This document shows positions 1 through 7,865 of a stretch of 32,000 nucleotides of DNA, piece by piece. The notes beneath the pieces were generated by a model. The model saw nothing but the letters and a program-made list of their open reading frames with translations. It searched no databases and was not told the DNA's origin. Location of the stretch: assembly GCF_008065095.1 (NCBI RefSeq), contig NZ_CP042911.1:5880001-5912000 (forward strand), given 5' to 3'. The DNA is from Gemmata obscuriglobus (lineage in GTDB: Bacteria > Planctomycetota > Planctomycetia > Gemmatales > Gemmataceae). A program made the translations under genes and the position numbers. Every line of letters begins with the position of its first letter. Position 1 is the stretch's first letter.

Positions 1-475
1 GACTATTTGTTTAGTCCCGAGCGTTCGATGGAAGAGCACCGTGCCGAACGCGCCACGAACCGAAAGACACCGCGGTATGCAAGCCACATGAAACGGAACG
101 TCGGGAAACGGAAAGCGAACCCGCGGCGCACACCGGCGGAGAAATACGATCACCGTTCGTATTCGCGGGCTGTTGCCCGTGCCTGCGAGGAGGCCTTCCC
201 CCCCACCGGCGCCGCTCGCACAGCGGGCTAACGAAACGAAGGCCGAGTGGGCTGGACGGTTGAACGCAAACGAGAAGGCGCAGCTGACTATTTGGAAGCA
301 ACAACACCGCTGGCACCCGAACCAGCTCCGCCATTCGTTTGCCACGCGGGTCCGCAAACAGCACGGCTTGGAAGCCGCACAGGTGATGCTCGGGCACGCG
401 AGGGCCGACGTAACGCAAGTGTACGCCGAGCGGAACGAGCAACTGGCTGCGTCAATCGCGGCTACTGTCGGATAA
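1..475 (+). pseudogene. Tyrosine recombinase / phage-type integrase, C-terminal part (5' end outside the window), reading frame broken at a C7 run
   Basis: Frame 1 from nt 1 reads DYLFSPERSMEEHRAERATNRKTP...YDHRSYSRAVARACEEAF. After the C7 run at 198-204 the protein continues only in frame 2: PLAQRANETKAEW...HRWHPNQLRHSFAT...MLGHARADVTQVYAERN. That segment has the H-x-x-R, LGH and catalytic Tyr boxes of tyrosine recombinases. Stop at 473-475. Confidence 0.75.
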
Positions 476-919
476 ACTGAAATCGACCGGACGCGGGAGT
501 AGCTACCCGCGGGCCGGGTGTGCGCGAGTCGTGTCTCCGTGCGACGCTCGCACACCCGGTATCCCGGCGCACCACGGAGATCACCTCATGCCCCCCGCCG
601 ACCGCGGGCCGGGCTCCCCTGCGGGCCCGACCGACCCCGAGATCACTCCCAATCAGTTGAACGACCGCCGACGAGTCGTATCGCGCCGTCGTGCCGCCGC
701 GCGTGCCAAAAAAGGGTTAAGCCCTGCGTTACCCTCGAATGCTCAGAACGTCGTCGTGGCACCGAGCGACGATCCGGTCGGCGACCTCCGCCGCGACATT
801 GTCACCCTCACTCGCTTGCTCCTTGAGCCTAAAAATCCCCCCCGAACAACGAGAACACGTCGGATGTACAAACGATCCGGCACCACGGCGGATGCAATTA
901 TTCTGTCGGCGCCGACCCC

Positions 920-1150
920 GTGGTCGTCACTGATGAGGAAGATAAGGTGCTGCGTGCGTTCGCGCGCAAGCAGACTGCCATGTCGAAGGGAGAACTCGAG
1001 ATCGAAGCCAGCGTGAGTAACGCGCCGAGGATCCTGACGCGGTTGGTGAATAAATACCCCGGCTTCACGGCAGCCGTCCGTCGCCCAGGAGTAAAAGGTC
1101 GCGGTGGATATTACGCCCACGTCCTGCCCAAATCGGCGTCTCTCGACTGA
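920..1150 (+). CDS. Hypothetical small protein, possibly winged-helix DNA-binding
   Basis: 76-aa ORF with a GTG start. The frame is open only from 833 and has no upstream ATG. Sequence (EDKVLRAFARKQTAMSKGELEIEASVSNAPRILTRLVNKY) looks protein-like. Competing frames look like GC noise. Confidence 0.4.
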   Translation: MVVTDEEDKVLRAFARKQTAMSKGELEIEASVSNAPRILTRLVNKYPGFTAAVRRPGVKGRGGYYAHVLPKSASLD

Positions 1151-1242
1151 GTCCGAATACGTACCCAACACGTAGTCGCCTGGAATTCAACTTCTTAACG
1201 CATCGGTCATGCTGTGTTCATCCCACTTGAGGAGGTGACCGT

Positions 1243-1434
1243 ATGACCGACCCGTCCCGCTTGATCCGTGAACTCGATGTGCCCGCCCTGCGGGCACGTC
1301 TCGAAGAGCTCGACCGGGAGCGCGCCGCGCTGCTCGTGCTCGTCCGGGCTGCTCTGCGGGCCACGAAGCCCGACCCGATTTCGCCCGACCTCGCCACCGC
1401 GCCAACGCGTTCGAACACCGGGGGGCCGGCGTGA
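1243..1434 (+). CDS. Hypothetical small protein (coiled-coil-like N-terminus)
   Basis: GAGGAGG at 1229-1235 lies 7 nt upstream of ATG 1243. The stop overlaps the next start (GTGA at 1431-1434), which suggests translational coupling. Confidence 0.55.
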   Translation: MTDPSRLIRELDVPALRARLEELDRERAALLVLVRAALRATKPDPISPDLATAPTRSNTGGPA

Positions 1435-1802
1435 GCGAAAGCACCTCCAACCCCGCCACGATCAGAACGCTCGACGCGGCGAAACTCACCGCCGGGTTGT
1501 TGACCGTTTCGCAGGCGTGTCGCATGTACCCCGGCAACCGGGGCAACGACACCCTCGCCCCGAGCACTATGACCCGCTGGATTGTCAAAGGTTGTCCGTC
1601 CCGGAACGGGCAACGGGTGAGGCTGAAGGCGACCCGCTGCGGGTCCCGCTGGCTGATCGCCCCGGACGACCTTGCGGCCTTCTTCGGAGCGCTGGCCGAC
1701 ACTGTTGGGCCGCCGGCGCCGCAACCGAAATCGGCGTCGAGTAAGCCCTCCGCGGTTCTCGCCGACAAGGCCGTGCAGGAACTGGCGCGCCGCGGGGCGT
1801 AA
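1431..1802 (+). CDS. Excisionase-like helix-turn-helix DNA-binding protein (resembles the planctomycete DUF1580 family)
   Basis: LLTVSQACRMYPGNRGNDTLAPSTMTRWIVKGCPSRNGQRVRLKATRCGSRWLIAPDDLAAFF matches the HTH_17/DUF1580 pattern I remember (xSTxxRW...G..G.rvrL.a.r.G.rw...dl..F). It sits next to an integrase. Confidence 0.55.
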   Translation: MSESTSNPATIRTLDAAKLTAGLLTVSQACRMYPGNRGNDTLAPSTMTRWIVKGCPSRNGQRVRLKATRCGSRWLIAPDDLAAFFGALADTVGPPAPQPKSASSKPSAVLADKAVQELARRGA

Positions 1803-2125
1803 ACGACACCGAGAGAAGTCAAACCCGAGTCCCGAGCGCAACAAGGGTGGCGGCCAGGGTGGCAGCCGACGTTCCTTAGGGCGCCGTTCCCGGAAAAACT
1901 GAACGCGATACGGACGCGCTCGACACGCGACCGGGGTGCCATCCCTGCCAGTAGCGGATCGTCGAGTTCATCCGACGGGCGCAACAGGGCCCGTGCGCCA
2001 AGAGGCACTTTCGCATCGGCGAGCCGAGTCGATTGCCGAGGACGAACGGGAGCAGGACGCCGAGGGGCTTGGCTGACGGGGCCCGGAGTTCTCCACCAAC
2101 ACCTTCGACACTTAAGGAACACCAG

Positions 2126-3919
2126 ATGGCCAAGAGTAAGAAGAAGCCGAAGCCGGGGGTTCAACTGCCCCCAGCTATGCAGTTGTCCGAGCACGAGAAG
2201 GCCAACCTGTACTCGGCGGCCCTCCGCTGCGAGGGAGTACTCGACAACATGCTCGCCCGGCTCACCACGTCCGAGCTGGAGGCCGAGGAGGAGAAGTTTC
2301 GGCTCCTGTTCGCGGCCAGCCGCTCGCTGTGGAAGAGCGACGGCGTTTCCCCATTCGACAAGGGCTATCAGAAGAGGCTGAAGTCGCAAGTCCGCTCGAT
2401 GGCAAAGAGCGAGGGCCTCGACGGCCCGCTGGCCGACGCAGCCGAGGAATTGGCCGGGCCAGACGGATTAATCTCACAATCATTTGATACATACAATTAT
2501 GAGTTCGGCAGTTCATACATTAACTTGCTGATGAAGCGTTACATTGAGTACTACCATGCAATTTTACCATTGCACGAGTACCTAAACCGGATTCTGTCTG
2601 AGGGGTGCATGCCGGAAAGCGCCCCCGCCCTGCTGGAAGAACTGGGCAAGCGGGTCCGGCAGACCGAGGGTCTGGGCGACCAGCCCGTGCGCGCGATCGG
2701 CGAGCGGTGGGCGGAGCACAACGCCCGGCTTAAGAAGTACCGCGGCAAGAAGATGATCGGGCTGAAAACTGGCCTCCAGGTGTTCGACCGAAACACCCTC
2801 GGGGTGCGGGGGCTGTTCTTCATCGCCGCCCGCCCGGGAGCGGGGAAAACGACCTTTACCCTGCAGATCTGCATCGGCGTCTGCCGCCACCACGCAGAGA
2901 ACGACGCGGTGGTGATCGTCGTCAGCCTCGACATGGACGCCCACGACCTGATGGACCGCATCCACTGTAACCTGGGGGGCGTCGATTGGCAGGTGCTGAA
3001 ATTCGGGTCGAAGGAGGAAGACCGAGAGCCGGGCAAGATGTTCAGTAAGGCTGCGGCCGAGCAACTCGCGGTGGCCGAGCAGCGTCTCAAGGACGAACAG
3101 GTCGGCGCCCGGCTGATGATCCTGGACCGGACCGACCTCGGCGACAACATCACCGCGGCCCGCCTCGCGGCCGTGGTCAAGGAGGCCAAGAAGAAGACCG
3201 GGGCGAAGCGGGCCGTGCTCGTCGTCGACTACCTCCAGCTCGTCCCGGTGCCGGAGGAAGAAGCTGGGAGCGACCTCGCGGCCGACAAGGCGCGGGTCCG
3301 GCTCGTCCAGCAGGTGATCGAGGGGAGCCGGACGGCGGACAACCCGGCCGGGGACGCGGCCCTGGTCATCAGTGAGGCCAGGAAGCCGCCAAACGCCAAG
3401 GAGAAGTGGGGCAGCAGCCTGTCCGAGTTGATGGGGTCGGCCCGCCTCGCCTACGCCGCCGACGCCGTGCTGCTCTACCACGAGATGTCGGACAAGCAGG
3501 TGATGGAGCACTACGGCCTGAGCAAGGATGACGTGCCGGCGAAGCGGAAGGCGCTCGTGGACAAGGGCGTCGTGCCGCTCGTACTCAACCTGGAGAAAGG
3601 CCGGGACGGGATGCGGCGGGGGTACTGGACCGCGGAGTTCGACTACCGCCGGTCGGTCTTCCTCGAGAAGGACCCGGGTGCGAAGGCAGTCAAGTCGATC
3701 CCGGCCGGGACCGGAGATCCGGGGCCGGGCAACGGCCCGGCGGGTACTGACACGAAGCTCCCGCCGGCCGAAAATGCCGCACCATTCGCCACCCTGAAGA
3801 AGGGCGGAGCAGGCGGCAACGGCAAGAAGAAGTCGGCGATCGGGAACGGGAAGCAGCAGGGGAAGAGCACCACGAAGGCAGGCATGCCCGGCAAGGGCGG
3901 AAAGGCGGGTGCAGCGTGA
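2126..3919 (+). CDS. DnaB-like replicative helicase (RecA-fold C-terminal domain) protein with Lys/Gly-rich tail
   Basis: Motifs seen: Walker A FFIAARPGAGKTTFTLQI, Walker B VLVVDYLQLV, ALVISEARK (equivalent to the SQLsR motif) and ADAVLLYHE (equivalent to aDvvmflyR). ATG 2126 (MAKSKKKPK) is preferred over the upstream start at 2033. The C-terminus is low complexity (GNGKKKSAIGNGKQQGKSTTKAG). Confidence 0.8.
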   Translation: MAKSKKKPKPGVQLPPAMQLSEHEKANLYSAALRCEGVLDNMLARLTTSELEAEEEKFRLLFAASRSLWKSDGVSPFDKGYQKRLKSQVRSMAKSEGLDGPLADAAEELAGPDGLISQSFDTYNYEFGSSYINLLMKRYIEYYHAILPLHEYLNRILSEGCMPESAPALLEELGKRVRQTEGLGDQPVRAIGERWAEHNARLKKYRGKKMIGLKTGLQVFDRNTLGVRGLFFIAARPGAGKTTFTLQICIGVCRHHAENDAVVIVVSLDMDAHDLMDRIHCNLGGVDWQVLKFGSKEEDREPGKMFSKAAAEQLAVAEQRLKDEQVGARLMILDRTDLGDNITAARLAAVVKEAKKKTGAKRAVLVVDYLQLVPVPEEEAGSDLAADKARVRLVQQVIEGSRTADNPAGDAALVISEARKPPNAKEKWGSSLSELMGSARLAYAADAVLLYHEMSDKQVMEHYGLSKDDVPAKRKALVDKGVVPLVLNLEKGRDGMRRGYWTAEFDYRRSVFLEKDPGAKAVKSIPAGTGDPGPGNGPAGTDTKLPPAENAAPFATLKKGGAGGNGKKKSAIGNGKQQGKSTTKAGMPGKGGKAGAA

Positions 3920-4001
3920 GCACCGACACGATGTCGGGTTCCGGGGCCCAGGAGTGGCGCGTTCCCGGCAGGTCCGCCTGCCGTTCTCGGAGGTCCACGA
4001 C

Positions 4002-5085
4002 ATGATCATGGTCGACAAGGCACGGGCGGACCTGTTCCGATCCGTGGGGCAAACCCGCGGCCTCTTCTCGGGCCTGAGCACTTGGCCGTTCATGGACGAC
4101 CTGCTGGAGGAGAAGTCCCGGATGGTGTTCGAGAACATTGGCCGGGACGCGTGGGCGGCTGCCGGCGGGGTCCGCGACCCCGCCGGTCAGTTGACCTGTG
4201 ACCTGGCGTCCGAGCTGACCACCGAGGTCGTGCGGGAGGTGGTTAGCACTTCCGCGGGGATGCTGTGGCGCGACGACAACAAGGTTCTGCGAGCGGTCCG
4301 GTTCATCCCCCGGACGGGGGCGAGCGGTGACGCCTTACTCGGGTTGTCGCTGACATGCCACGAGGGCGGCGCCGCGCCCGCCCCGGTTCGCGGGCGCGGC
4401 CCGACAGGAGCACGCGCGCGGGCACCGATTGAGGCGGGACGGAGGGCGCTGGCGGATCGGGCCAGCGGCCTGCGGCTGATCCGGCGTGCCGAGCAACTCT
4501 ACTGGATGATCTTCGCGGCAGTCCACCGCCAGCAGCGGTCAACCGTACTCCTCCCGGATGTACTGCTGCGGGACGCGATCTGGGGTGCGAAGGTGTGGCC
4601 GGACGACTGGCGCCAGGAGGTCTATTGCACCCTCCTGTCGCTGATGGACCTCCGGGCTGAGGTTCTCCGAATAAAAGCCCAGGGCTGGCGTCCCACGTTC
4701 GGGTCTTCCTCCGCAATCGTGGACCACGTCGAGAAGTTGTGGGTCACGGACGCCGAAGCGGACCATCGGTGCGGTGTTCAGTGCCTGTGCTGGAAGCGGG
4801 GCGTGAGGCACCGGCACTTCCGGGTGGGGATCGGGCAGGGGTTTCTCGGTGTACTCGAACGGTTCTGTACCAGGACGGAAGGACCCGTGCGGGTGTACGA
4901 CTTCTTTCGACCGCTTCCAGACGCTGACGCCGCTGACGGGGGCGAGTCAGTTTGCTCCCCGGCGGAGCGGATTGTGGTGAACATCCCGGCCGTCGTCTTC
5001 GGCCCCTCGAAGTGGTCCGGCCTGACCGACGGCGAGATCGGAGTCTTCCAGGGGATCATGAACGAACTCACGAGAAAGCGCCCTA
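4002..5085 (+). CDS. Hypothetical protein of the integrative element; the ORF runs into IS630, so the 3' end is probably lost
   Basis: GGAGG at 3989-3993 lies 8 nt before ATG 4002 (MIMVDKARADLF...). The protein-like sequence runs to ...GIMNELTRKRP, and the frame then continues into the IS630 inverted repeat at 5084. I recognise no family. Confidence 0.6.
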
Positions 5086-5093
5086 GTGCTGTG

Positions 5094-6229
5094 TCAGGTT
5101 TTGATTTTAGGGTAGAGGGATTTGAGCCTGTTGCGAGCATCGTCGGTGCGGAACTGCCGATCGACGCTACGCTGCTTGTCGTTGGTGTAGTCCTGCCAGG
5201 CGGCCGTCTCTACCCTCAACTCCTCTATCGTTGCGAACCGCCTACCCTGCACGCATTGCCGCGTCATCGCGCTCAGCTCACATTCCGCGACGTGCAACCA
5301 ACTCCCGTGCTTGGGCGTGTGGCGGAACTCCGATCGCCTCACCAGCGCCCGCGCCGTTTCCGGGTCGAACGCCTCGTAGAACGCACCGATCGTGTGCGTG
5401 TTCCGGTTGTCGCACACCACGATCACCTTCACGGCATCCCGGTAGCGAGTCCGTAGTAACTCGGCCACCTCCAACGCCCAATCCACCTTCGTCCGCCGCT
5501 CCCGTACGCTCACCTGGCGCCACCCCACCAGCGCCTCACAGAACATGAAGATGCTCGCCGTGCCCGCCCGCTCGTACTCGTAGTCCACCCGGCGCGGATG
5601 ATCCTTCGTCGCGGGAATCGGCGCCCGCGTCTCCTTGAGCAACGGGATCGGTTGCTCGTCCATGTTGAGTACCGGGTAGAGGCAATCGTAAGGCAAGGCA
5701 TAGGTGTCCAGGACCAACGCCATGTGCGCCACGAACGCCGCGTCGGCGTCTGGCGGGATCACCCCGTACTCCAACTTCCGCGGCGCCATCGCGTTTTTTT
5801 GAGCGTCTGACGAATGGTCTCGTGGCTGATGGCGTCCACAACCTCCAACGCGACGACCTGCTCGGCCAGTAACCGCAGGCTCCAGTTGGCGAAGCCCTTG
5901 GGCGGCGGACCCAATCGCATCGCGATGACTGGGGCTTCCTGTTGGCCGTCGAGCAACTTGGCTCGCGGGGGCTCGGCCCGGGGTTGTCCGTGGAGTGCCA
6001 CCTCGAACCCGCTCGTCACCACGCGCTCCCGGATATTCTCCACGGTCTTGGTGCGACATCCGACGGCCTCGGCAATCTTCGCATCCGTCCAGCCCGAGCC
6101 ATCGGCATCGGCCTTCAGAAGAATCTGGGCCCGACGAACCTTCTGCGAGGATCCCTTGAGTTTCTTGACCACCTCCGACAACGTGGCCCGTTCCGCATCC
6201 GAAAGACGAACGATATACTTCTTCATCAT
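5094..6229 (-). CDS. IS630-family transposase, made from two frames by -1 frameshifting at an A7 run
   Basis: The N-terminal HTH part (5759..6229) reads MMKKYIVRLSDAERATLSEVVKKLKGSSQKVRRAQILLKADADGSGWTDAKIAEAVGCRTKTVENIRER. The DDE part in the -1 frame reads ...LNMDEQPIPL...VIVVCDNRNTHT...HTPKHGSWLHVAECELS. The predicted junction is TLKK/NAMAPRKLEYGVIPP. Confidence 0.85.
5794..5800 (-). promoter_or_regulatory. A7 slippery run (T7 on the + strand) joining the IS630 transposase frames
   Basis: The minus strand reads CTC AAA AAA ACG in the orfA frame. The DDE frame is -1 relative to it (checked with coordinates mod 3: 6229=1, 6314=2). Confidence 0.7.
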
Positions 6230-6302
6230 GGCGGCACCTCACGGGGGGGCTGCCATCATACCAATGGACCCCGTGGCATCCTAATTCGTTAGCCTGACAC
6301 AG

Positions 6303-6311
6303 CACTAGCCC
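6303..6311. repeat. Left copy of the 9-bp direct repeat CACTAGCCC flanking the IS4 element
   Basis: CACTAGCCC at 6303-6311 is repeated at 7774-7782. Its first 5 nt are the last 5 nt of the IS630 end (CAC plus TA). Confidence 0.7.
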
Positions 6312-6340
6312 CAATACCGTTCAACTCGCGCAGTAAAAAT

Positions 6341-6397
6341 CGGAGTCTCCCGCCAGGATGGAATTGACGTAAGTTCCTGACTGGCCAGGAGACTCCG
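6341..6397 (+). promoter_or_regulatory. Stem-loop that would sequester the IS4 transposase ribosome-binding site
   Basis: CGGAGTCTCC at 6341-6350 is the perfect reverse complement of GGAGACTCCG at 6388-6397. The right arm contains the GGAGA Shine-Dalgarno and ends 1 nt before ATG 6398. Confidence 0.5.
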
Positions 6398-7763
6398 ATG
6401 ACTTCGTTATACACTGAATCTCGCACGCTGGCGCAGTGGCCGACCGCCGAACGAGTGCGAGCCCTCAAACGCATCCTTCCTCACGCCAAGGTCCAAGCCG
6501 TCCTGCGACGCACCGGACATGCCTCACGCCGGTACCTCCGGCTGCCCGCTTGGTTCATGGTCTGGTTCGTGGTTGCGTTGGGTTTGTTCTGCCGCGATTG
6601 CTACCGACAAGTCTTCAAGTGGCTCCAACCCTTCCGCCGCAAGCCCACACCCGGCCGCTCGACCTTTTGCGAAGCCCGCCAACGCCTGGGCGTGGCACCC
6701 CTTAACCTCTTGATCCAAGAGGTCGTCGAACTCCGAGGCACTCGCCAAACACCGGGAGCCTTCTATCACGGTATGCGGTTGATGGCTCTGGATGGCTTCG
6801 TGCTTGACGTGGCCGCCCCCCCCCAACAACGCCCGCGTCTTCGGGCGACCGGGCTCGCACCGCAGTCCGGCCGCCTTTCCCCAAGTTCGGGTTTTGGGCT
6901 TGTGCGAGCTGGGTACGCATGTGCTGTGGCGGACGCTCACCAAGCCCTGCCACCGCAGCGAGGTGACGATGGCCCCCTACCTGCTGCGATGCCTCCAGAA
7001 TGACATGCTGCTGTTGTGGGATCGCGGATTCTTGAGTTACGACCTGGTGCAGCAGGTCCGCCAACGCTGCGCCCACCTGTTAGCACGAATCAAGAGCAAC
7101 CTGGTGTTCCGGCCGCTGCATCGACTGCCCGACGGTTCGTACCGGGCCAAACTCTACCCTTCGCCCCGACACCGTCACCGCGACGAGGGTGGTGTAATGG
7201 TTCGGATCATCGAGTACGCGCTCAACGATCCTGGCCGAGTTGGGTCGGGCCAGAAGCATAGACTCCTGAACACGTTAGTGGATGCCCGCCGTCATCCGGC
7301 CCCGCAAGTAATCGTGCAGTACCATGAACGCTGGGAAGAAGAGCTGACGATTGATGAGTTGAAGACACACCAACGGGAACGTCCGGTGTTGCGAAGCGAA
7401 ACGCCCGGTGGCGTCGTTCAGGAAATCCAGGGCCTGGTGCTGGCTCACTACGTGGTGCGTGTGTTGATGTGCGAAGCCGCCAAGCAGAACAAGCGATCAC
7501 CTCGGCGGATGTCGTTCACCGGCGCGTTGAAGATCCTGCGTTGTCGGCTCCCGGAGTGTCCCAAGAGCCCCAAAAGGCAACACGCCTGGTATGCCGACTT
7601 GATAGCGGAGATCGCCGAGGAGGTTTTGCCCGAGCGCCGGAACCGAATCAACCCTCGCGTCATCAAACGCAATATGACCAACTGGAATAAAAAGAGGTCC
7701 GAGCATCGTCGCGGGCGTCAGCCCACCAAGAACTTCCGACAATCCATCGTCATGCTGAATTGA
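6398..7763 (+). pseudogene. IS4-family DDE transposase, frame broken in a C9 run
   Basis: Frame 2 reads ...GMRLMALDGFVLDVAAPP up to the C9 run at 6816-6824. The conserved continuation NNARVFGRPGSHRSPAAFPQVRVLGLCELGTHVLW...YHERWEEELTIDELK (Y-2-R-3-E-6-K signature) is in frame 3. Confidence 0.8.
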
Positions 7764-7773
7764 ACGGTATTGC

Positions 7774-7782
7774 CACTAGCCC
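7774..7782. repeat. Right copy of the 9-bp direct repeat CACTAGCCC
   Basis: Identical to 6303-6311. It recreates the IS630 tip plus its TA target next to host DNA. Confidence 0.7.
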
Positions 7783-7845
7783 GGCGTACGCGAACGCCCC
7801 GACCACTACGGCCCGCACGATCCCGTGCCAGTTATCGAAAAACAT
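7774..7845 (-). pseudogene. 5' stub (about 23-24 codons) of a DUF421/YetF-type membrane protein gene
   Basis: GGAGGTGAC precedes ATG at 7845..7843 on the minus strand. MFFDNWHGIVRAVVVGAFAYAGL matches the N-terminus I remember for DUF421 proteins (MFFDsW..l.R....g..aY..lv..lR.sGKRtL). The reading frame runs straight into the IS. Confidence 0.5.
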
Positions 7846-7865
7846 GTCACCTCCGGTCCGGGCGA

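Larger units (their letters stand above)
5084..6307 (-). mobile_element. IS630-family insertion sequence (about 1.22 kb) flanked by TA
   Basis: Terminal inverted repeats are TAGTGCTGTGTCAGG at 5084-5098 and CCTGACACAGCACTA at 6293-6307. These are perfect reverse complements including the TA typical of IS630/Tc1-mariner insertions. The element encodes an HTH plus DDE transposase in two frames. Confidence 0.9.
6312..7772 (+). mobile_element. IS4-family insertion sequence (about 1.46 kb)
   Basis: Terminal inverted repeats are CAATACCGTTCAA at 6312-6324 and TTGAACGGTATTG at 7760-7772. A 9-bp direct repeat flanks it. It encodes a DDE_Tnp_1-type transposase. Confidence 0.85.

Noticed and set aside
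531-1016. The 161-aa ORF 531..1016 and the antisense ORF 743..1171 in the region after the integrase.
   Set aside because: Both have Arg/Pro-rich composition, no RBS and no motif. I kept only the 920-1150 ORF, at low confidence.
1845-1863. The tandem GGGTGGC-N5-GGGTGGC in the 320-bp gap upstream of the helicase gene, as possible iterons.
   Set aside because: There are only two short G-rich copies in GC-rich DNA, which is easily chance. I saw no further copies nearby.
2582-4138. Very long antisense ORFs opposite well-supported genes: 2582..4138 (-), 9310..11334 (-), 13809..15317 (-), 16024..17466 (-), 29800..31581 (-), 7770..8738 (+) and 1187..2389 (-).
   Set aside because: Their translations are Arg/Pro/Gly/Ala-rich and low in complexity, with no motifs. 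Each overlaps a gene with clear family signatures on the other strand. This is the usual stop-codon-poor artefact of roughly 70% GC DNA.
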